DNA of 60,897 nt, filler included, from Syncephalis fuscata S228 (Eukaryota > Fungi > Zoopagomycota): the NCBI GenBank assembly GCA_025786725.1. It is 3 parts of 3 records of this genome, joined end to end, with 100 filler letters (N's around TTAATTAATTAA, not from the genome) between each part and the next. Parts side by side here need not be neighbours in the genome. Positions count along the whole stretch, not along the records: positions 38,934 to 60,897 come from JAHLTZ010000148.1; 2 more parts are not named here. One strand, 5' to 3'. The translations under genes and the position numbers were made by a program. Positions 53,882 to 60,897 of the stretch are shown piece by piece; the first letter of the stretch is position 1, and each line of letters opens with the position of its first letter. The notes under the pieces were generated by a model. It saw only the letters and a program-made list of their open reading frames with translations. It had not been told where the DNA came from and made no database searches.

Positions 53882-56800
53882 ATGTCTATTCGTGGTTCAA
53901 TTGGGCGTTCTGGCCTGTTACGGCTGTCGCCTTTATCTGACCAAGCATCTCAGGATGCAGTGGCCATGGCTGCTTTTGCAGAAAAGCGCTGGGTATGGGT
54001 CGAAGACAAACGGGAAGGCTATATTGCCGGCTATATTACACGCGAAAATGGGGAAGAAGTGGATGTCCAACTCAATAATGATGAGGCAAGTAAACAAAAC
54101 GATATTATTAAGTGGTTAAGTATTAATTAATGTATCGATTGATAGCTTCGTCGTGTGCATATCAATCAAACAGAGAAGATGAATCCACCTAAATTTGACA
54201 AGGTGGAAGATATGGCAGATTTGACTTATTTAAATGAGGCATCTGTCGTACATAATCTTCGTCTACGTTATCTTTCAAACCTTATCTATGTAAGTATTTA
54301 TTAATCAATTTGTATTCAATAATATTCGTACTCATTATTATGCTATTACTATTGTGTTATAGACTTATTCCGGTCTATTTTTAGTGGCAGTTAATCCTTA
54401 TCATCGTTTACCTATCTATTCTGATTCTGTAGTCGCTTCGTATAAAAATCGTAAGCGCAATGAGATACCACCTCATATTTTTGCCATTTCCGATGCTGCC
54501 TATCATGATATGTTACAAGATCGTGAAAACCAGTCTATTCTTATTACGCAAGTATAGCAAGCTGTTGACATAATATTTTATACTAACACGTCTATTGACA
54601 CTATTTAGTGGTGAATCAGGTGCCGGTAAAACGGAAAACACCAAGAAGGTTATCCAATACCTTACTTCGATTGCTAGTGAGCGGTCTGCAACTAAAGCAA
54701 ATAACGGATTGGAACAGCAGATCTTACAAGCCAATCCAATTTTGGAGGCATTTGGTAATGCCCAGTCAATAAGAAATAACAATTCTTCCCGTTTTGTAAG
54801 TATTATGGACTATAAATACGTCATTACTAATGCTTTTTATTAATAGGGTAAATTCATTCGTATTGAATTTAACGCGGCTGGGCAGATTGCCGGTGCCAAT
54901 ATTGAGCGCTATTTATTGGAAAAGTCTCGTGTAACACATCAAACATCAAAAGAACGTAACTTTCACATCTTTTATCAATTACTTAAAAGTACTGATAGTA
55001 CCATTAAAGGTTAGTAACATTAATACATTAATACATTAATAAATATAATATACTTATACTATTGTTCTTGCTATTATTATTAGATCCACTATTACTGGAT
55101 GGTGATGTTAATGACTATGCCTATGTTAAGAATTCAAGTAAGGTGATCGATGGTGTTGATGATGCTGAAGAGTTCAAGAATATTCAGGTAAATTATTTAA
55201 TAAATTAAATATACAAGTTTTTAACTAATAAATAATGCATTATTATCATTATTATCACTATTTCATCATTATAGAAATCAATGGATGTTATGGGCTTTAA
55301 TCAAGACGAACAACGTGACTTATTCCGTATTGTCGCAGCTATTCTTCATCTTGGCAACCTGACCGCTACTGGTGGCAGTTCTGATCAAGCTCAAATAAAC
55401 GATACTGCAGTAGCTGAACGAGTTTGTCACGTATTGGGCATTCCAGTGGCCGAATTTGTTCGTGGTCTACTACGTCCCAAAATAAAAGCTGGTCGTGATT
55501 GGGTGGCACAAGCTCGTAATGTCACTCAAGTTAACTTCTCAGTTGAAGCACTGGCCCGTGTACTTTATGAAAGAATGTTCGGGCAGTTAATCGAGCGTAT
55601 TAACATCGCTATGGACCGACCTGCTGGCAAATCGACTTTTATTGGTGTACTTGATATTGCTGGTTTTGAAATTTTTGAGGTAAGCAAGCCATTATTATTA
55701 ATAATAATACACTTTTGTATTATTGAACAAACAGTTATACTAATACAATGCATTGTAGACCAATAGCTTCGAACAGCTTAATATCAATTATACCAATGAA
55801 AAGCTTCAGCAATTTTTTAATCATCATATGTTTGTACTTGAACAAGAAGAGTATAAGCGTGAAGGAATTGAATGGAAGTTTATTGACTTTGGTCTTGACT
55901 TGCAGCCTACCATTAACTTGATTGAAAAAGCAAATGTAAGTACTACACGATATTAGTTTATAGAAATTACTAATGGTTATAATTGTTAATAGCCTATTGG
56001 TATTCTTTCATGTCTTGATGAAGAATGTGTAATGCCAAAGGCAACTGACAAGACGTTTACGGAAAAATTGCATGCTATTTGGAAGGACAAGTCTGGCTTG
56101 TATGAGCCACTTCGCTTTGAAGATGGCTTTATTCTAAAGCATTATGCATCCAAGGTTGAGTACAGCACTGTAGGCTGGCTCGATAAGAATAAGGATCCAT
56201 TGAACGACAATATCACGCGTCTGTTGGCCAAATCAAGTGAGCGATATGTTGCATCGCTTTTCACCGACTGTCTGGAAGAGACCATCGATTGGAGTACTAA
56301 GAACCGTGTCAAGAAAGGCGCGTTCCGTACAGTTGGCCAAAAGTATAAGGAGCAGCTATCATTCCTTATGCAACAGTTATATGCGACTGAGCCACACTTT
56401 GTTCGCTGTATTCTACCGAATGAAGATAAAAAGCCGGCACGTATTGATGTATCATTGGTATTGGATCAACTTCGATGCAACGGTGTACTTGAAGGCATTA
56501 GAATTTGTCGAGCTGGCTTTCCTAATCGATTGGTATTTGCCGAGTTCCGTCAGCGCTATGAAATACTTGCGCCGGGTGTTATCCAACGTGGCTTTATGGA
56601 TGGTAAACGTGCAGCGCAAAAGCTACTTGAAGCAATGCAGTTAGATCCAAGCCATTATCGTATTGGTACAAGTAAAGTATTCTTCCGTGCCGGTGTGGTA
56701 AGTTATTATAAGCAAAGTGTAATAACAGCTTAATAATATTGATTATTATAGCTTGCTGAGCTTGAAGAGATTTGCGACTTGAAGTTATCAAACATTATTG

Positions 56801-59800
56801 GAAACTTCCAAGCATTATGTCGTGGCTATCTTGCGCGCCGTAAACATCTACGCAAGAAGAATCAGCTATTAGCTATTCAAACCATTCAGAAGAATGCACG
56901 CGTATATGTTCGACTGCGTGAATGGGCATGGTGGAAGCTATACTCCAAGGTCAAGCCATTGTTAAACGTAACACGTACCGATGAAGAGCTTAAGAAGCGT
57001 GAAACACTTATTCGCGACCTCGAAGAGAAGTTCAATAGAGAGGCTGAGGAAAAGACGCAGCTTGAATTGCAGCGTGCTAAACTTGATGCTGAAAAGCGTC
57101 TGCTTGAAGAAACATTGGTTGCTGAACGCAATGCGGCGTTGGATCAGGAAGAGATACTAAAGCGCAAGCAAGAAACAGAGCTGCGACTTCAGGAATCGCT
57201 ACGTGACGTCACTGCTGAACTTGAAGCAGTTGAGGCGCGATTAGAGGAAGCTAATGCAGCAAAGGAACGTTTGGAAAGAGAGCTGACCAATCTACGCCAA
57301 GAGCAAGAAGATCAGCAAGCACAAATGGAGCGTTTGGAAAGAGAGCGAGTTGCTAAAGACCAACGCATACAGCAACTAATGAACGAAGTGCAAGCAGAGA
57401 CTGAATTGGCTGCACGTGCCGCAAGTGAACGCAAAACGGTAGAGACGCGTCTAAACGATTTGAAGCAATCTTTAGAGGAAAGTTCCACTCGAGAAGCAAA
57501 TCTGATCAAGATAAAACAGCAGCTACAAATTGAGATGAAGCAAATAAGTGACAAGTTGGCTCAGCGTGAAAGCGAGCAGGAGGTTGTAGAATTACGTAAT
57601 GTATCAACACAAAATGACATTAAGCAGGCGCGTGAATCATTGGCTGAGTTAACGGCAGCTAAGGCCAGTGTAGAGCAATCATTGGCACGCCGCGAGGCAG
57701 AAATGAACGCACTAGCTGCCCAGCTGCAAGGTGAACGAAGTGGCCGTGAACAAGTCGACAAGCAGCGGCGAGAGCTGGTACTGCGTGTTGAAGCACTTCA
57801 AGGCGAGTTGGAGATTGAAAAAGAAGAACGTGGCAAAATAATGGCTCGTAAACAGCGCGTAGAAGAAGAAATAAACGAACTGCGTACATTATTAGAGGCA
57901 CGTGGCGATGAAGAGTCACGCCAGAATGAACTCCGTAGAATTCGTGAAGCTGATCTAATGGAGCTACGTGGTCAATTGACTGCCTCTCAAGAAGCTTTAG
58001 AAGATACACGTCGCAAACATCAGCAGCTAATCGATGAATTGCACGCGCAAACTGAAGAACTTCAACGCGAATCAGAGAATTTGTTACGTAGCAAAACAAC
58101 ACTTGAAAAACGAGCTACCGAGCTGCAAAGACTTGTGGAAGAGCGAGAAGAAGGCCATTCACGACTTGAAAAAGAAAAACGAGCTATTACATCGTCTTTA
58201 GAGACAGCTAATGACCGTATTACCCAGCTTGAAGGCCAGCTTACAGAGACACGACTAGCAAAAGAGCATCATGAGCAGCAGTTTATTATGCTGAACGCAC
58301 GTAGCGATGAAAGCGAGTCGATGCTTGGTCGACTGGAACGTGAGCGTAATTCGCTACAAAAGCAGCTTGAATCGGCCAGAAATGAGCTTGAAGATGAAAC
58401 ACGACGACGCAGTTCACTTGAAATGATGAAGAAAAAGCTTGCTATTGAAGTAGCCGACCTTCAGGCCAGACTTGAGGAAGAAGAATCTACTAAAGCGGAA
58501 ATATACCAACGATTGGCCGTCAAAACGGTCGAATATGACAATTTAGATGCTAGATTCTCTTCTGAGATGAAAGATAAGAGTGGCGATCTAGCCGAGGCCA
58601 AACGACGACTAGAAAATGAGCACGGTGAGCTGTTAGAACGCTATGGCGAACTTGAAAGACAATCTGAAATATTGGAAAAGACACGTATTCGTCTTACATC
58701 TGAAGCTGAAGATTTACGACACGAAATTGATCGTGAACATAGCGTGGCCCGTGCAGCAGAAAAGATTGTTAAGCAGATTGAGTCACAATTGGCCAGCGTT
58801 AACGAGCAGCTTTCGGCAGAACGACAGGCACGCGAATTGGCCGATTCAGGCGTGCGAAAAATGCAGTCGGCCATGGAAACGCTTCAGAGTCAGTTAGAAG
58901 AAAAGGACCAACAACTAATGACTGTACGTCGTGCCAAGACTGAACTTGAGACTGAACTTCGTGGATTAATCGATGAAATGAGCGATGGTGGCCAAAGCAA
59001 AGTTGAAGTTGAAAAGGTGAAGCGACGACTTGAAAATGACATTGCCGAACTACGTGCACGACTAGCCGAAGAAGAAGCTGTACGTCGCAAGTCGGAAGAG
59101 CTACGCCATGAGCTAGAGAATCGCATTGCAGAACAGCAAGAGATGTCACAATCCGAGCTGTTGACAAAGGAAAGTCAGCTTGAAGAGACGCGTCGTTTAT
59201 TACTTAAAGAAGTCAATTCACTTGGCGAAAGATTGGACGCAGAGATTGCCGCAAAAGATGAGCTTTTATTAGCAAGAAAGAAGCTAGAAGAACAGCTAGA
59301 AGATGTAACATCAGCTGCAGATTTGTCCATTCGCTCAAAATCCGATTTGGAAAAGGCCAAGCAGCTTACTGAAGCCACATTACGTGAACTACGATCACGC
59401 TTGGAAGAAGAAGAGGTCGCCAGACGTAACTTTGAAGAATTGGCACGACGACATGAACGCAAGTCGAATACATTGCAAACGGAACTTGAACAACTTGAAA
59501 CGCAACTGGATGCCAATGAACGATCGCGTAAGCAGCTTGAGATGCGAGTAGCCGATCTTCAGGCTGAACTTGACGATGGCCAATCGCGTACTGCACTTCA
59601 AGAATCAAATGATCGATTAAATACTGAATTAAATCGTTTACGTCAACAACTTGCACGCGAAGAAGAAGCTCGTACCGAGTTGGAAGCGGCACGTAACATT
59701 GTACAGCTTAACAATGTTAATGCACAAGACACTTCTGAATACGCTGCGCAATTGGATAAACTTGAAGAATCTAAACGAGCACTACTCGTCGCCAGAAACT

Positions 59801-60897
59801 TGCTCAACAAGAGCTGGAAGATCAACGACGCGAAGCAGAAGCACTTGTACGACAACGCAATGAGTTGTTGGAAGAGGCCAATTCACTTAAAAGCTCACTT
59901 GAGGTTGAAATCATTGCTAAAGGCGAGGAATCAGCAGCCCGTCAAAAGCTTGCAGCTGAACTTTCAGAGCTACGTCTTCATCTTGATGTAGAGATGGTTA
60001 AATCGGCCGAAATGACCGATTCAGTTAAGGTGTATCGCGATAAGATTGAAGCGATTATGGCCAGAATGGAAGAAGCTGAATTGGCAAAGTCCAAGGCCGA
60101 GAAGAATGAAGCTTACGTGCAGCAACAACTTAAAGATACGGAAGAGTCGATGCGCAAAGCATTTGCCGATCGTCAAACAGCCGAGGACCGTGCTCGTGCT
60201 TTAGAAGAAAAGGCAATGCAATTACAAGATCGTATTGACGACGATGCCATTACTCTGGCCGATTTTAATGTTATACGTGAGCGCCTTCAACAGAAGTGGA
60301 AGAAGGACTTATTAAGTTCCAAAAGGAGCTTGACGAAAAAGACTCAAGCACGGAAACAATGCGTACTATGTACCAGACCGAATTAAAAACCATCACTGAA
60401 GAGCTAGAACGTGAGCGATCAACATTGGTCAATTTACGAGAAGTACAACGCGATCTTGAAAGCGAAGTTGATGAATTGCATAGCCGTTTAGAAACAGCAG
60501 AGCTAGCTACTGAATCAACTCAAAAAGAACGTCTTAAGATAGAGGCCCGTTTAGCCGAACTTGAACAAGCACATGACGAAACGGTTACTCAACGCGACGA
60601 ACTTCAAAGCCAAATTTCTATACTACGTGCACAAGCAAGTGATGTTCGTCTACAACTTGAAGAGTCAGAGGCTAAACGCGAATTGGCCGAGAAGGCGAAG
60701 AAACATTTACAGCAACGACTAGATGAAATTGGCAATAATTACAATACGGTACATATGGGACGTGAAGCGGTTGAGAAGTCGCTTACTCAGCGTGATCATG
60801 AAGCAGCTCAGTACGAGAAATGCTTGAACAGCAACAGTCGGCCATGGATGATGCTGCAGCTCGTCTTAAAAAAGCTGATTCCGCCGCTGCTACTGCC
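53882..60897 (+). CDS. MYO1: Type II myosin heavy chain (yeast Myo1 / S. pombe Myo2 class), runs off the window; frameshifts in the tail
   Basis: [62 protein letters not shown] motifs, [12 protein letters not shown] and a long heptad coiled coil. Confidence 0.96.

Noticed and set aside
56886-59855. Many antisense Ser-rich ORFs over the myosin tail (also over UTP20 and ERG6)
   Set aside because: Shadow ORFs caused by codon bias on the coding strand.

Overview
AT-rich, intron-dense eukaryotic DNA from a fungus. It is most consistent with an early-diverging lineage such as Zoopagomycota/Syncephalis; this is an inference from the short GT-AG introns, a retained minor-spliceosome protein and a 7TM-like orphan gene. 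The window is three contigs joined by artificial N-TTAATTAATTAA-N linkers (18832-18931, 38834-38933). Housekeeping genes found: NCL1/TRM4, an SCY1-like pseudokinase, ERG6, a TBC Rab-GAP (partial), ZMAT5, UTP20, a DEAD-box helicase, THOC3, CWC21 (partial), an MFS transporter, S1/P1 nuclease, RPS30, ketopantoate reductase, a SMAP-domain protein, a CDF zinc transporter, eIF1A and myosin II (partial). The standout feature is the apparent 82-bp tandem repeat at 2030-3576. On the minus strand it reads as 19 spliceosomal introns separating 18 consecutive 3-nt micro-exons. Spliced between a signal-peptide exon and a terminal exon, they give a stop-free 51-aa secreted precursor, MKLSIAVVCTIVVALAASTAMVGANPTLVRRA-GAEPKPCWEPWRGWYPCPS*, which the ORF track does not show. 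Also present are a TTAA-flanked foldback element, a 167-bp dimeric satellite, GC-AG introns and many probable sequencing frameshifts.
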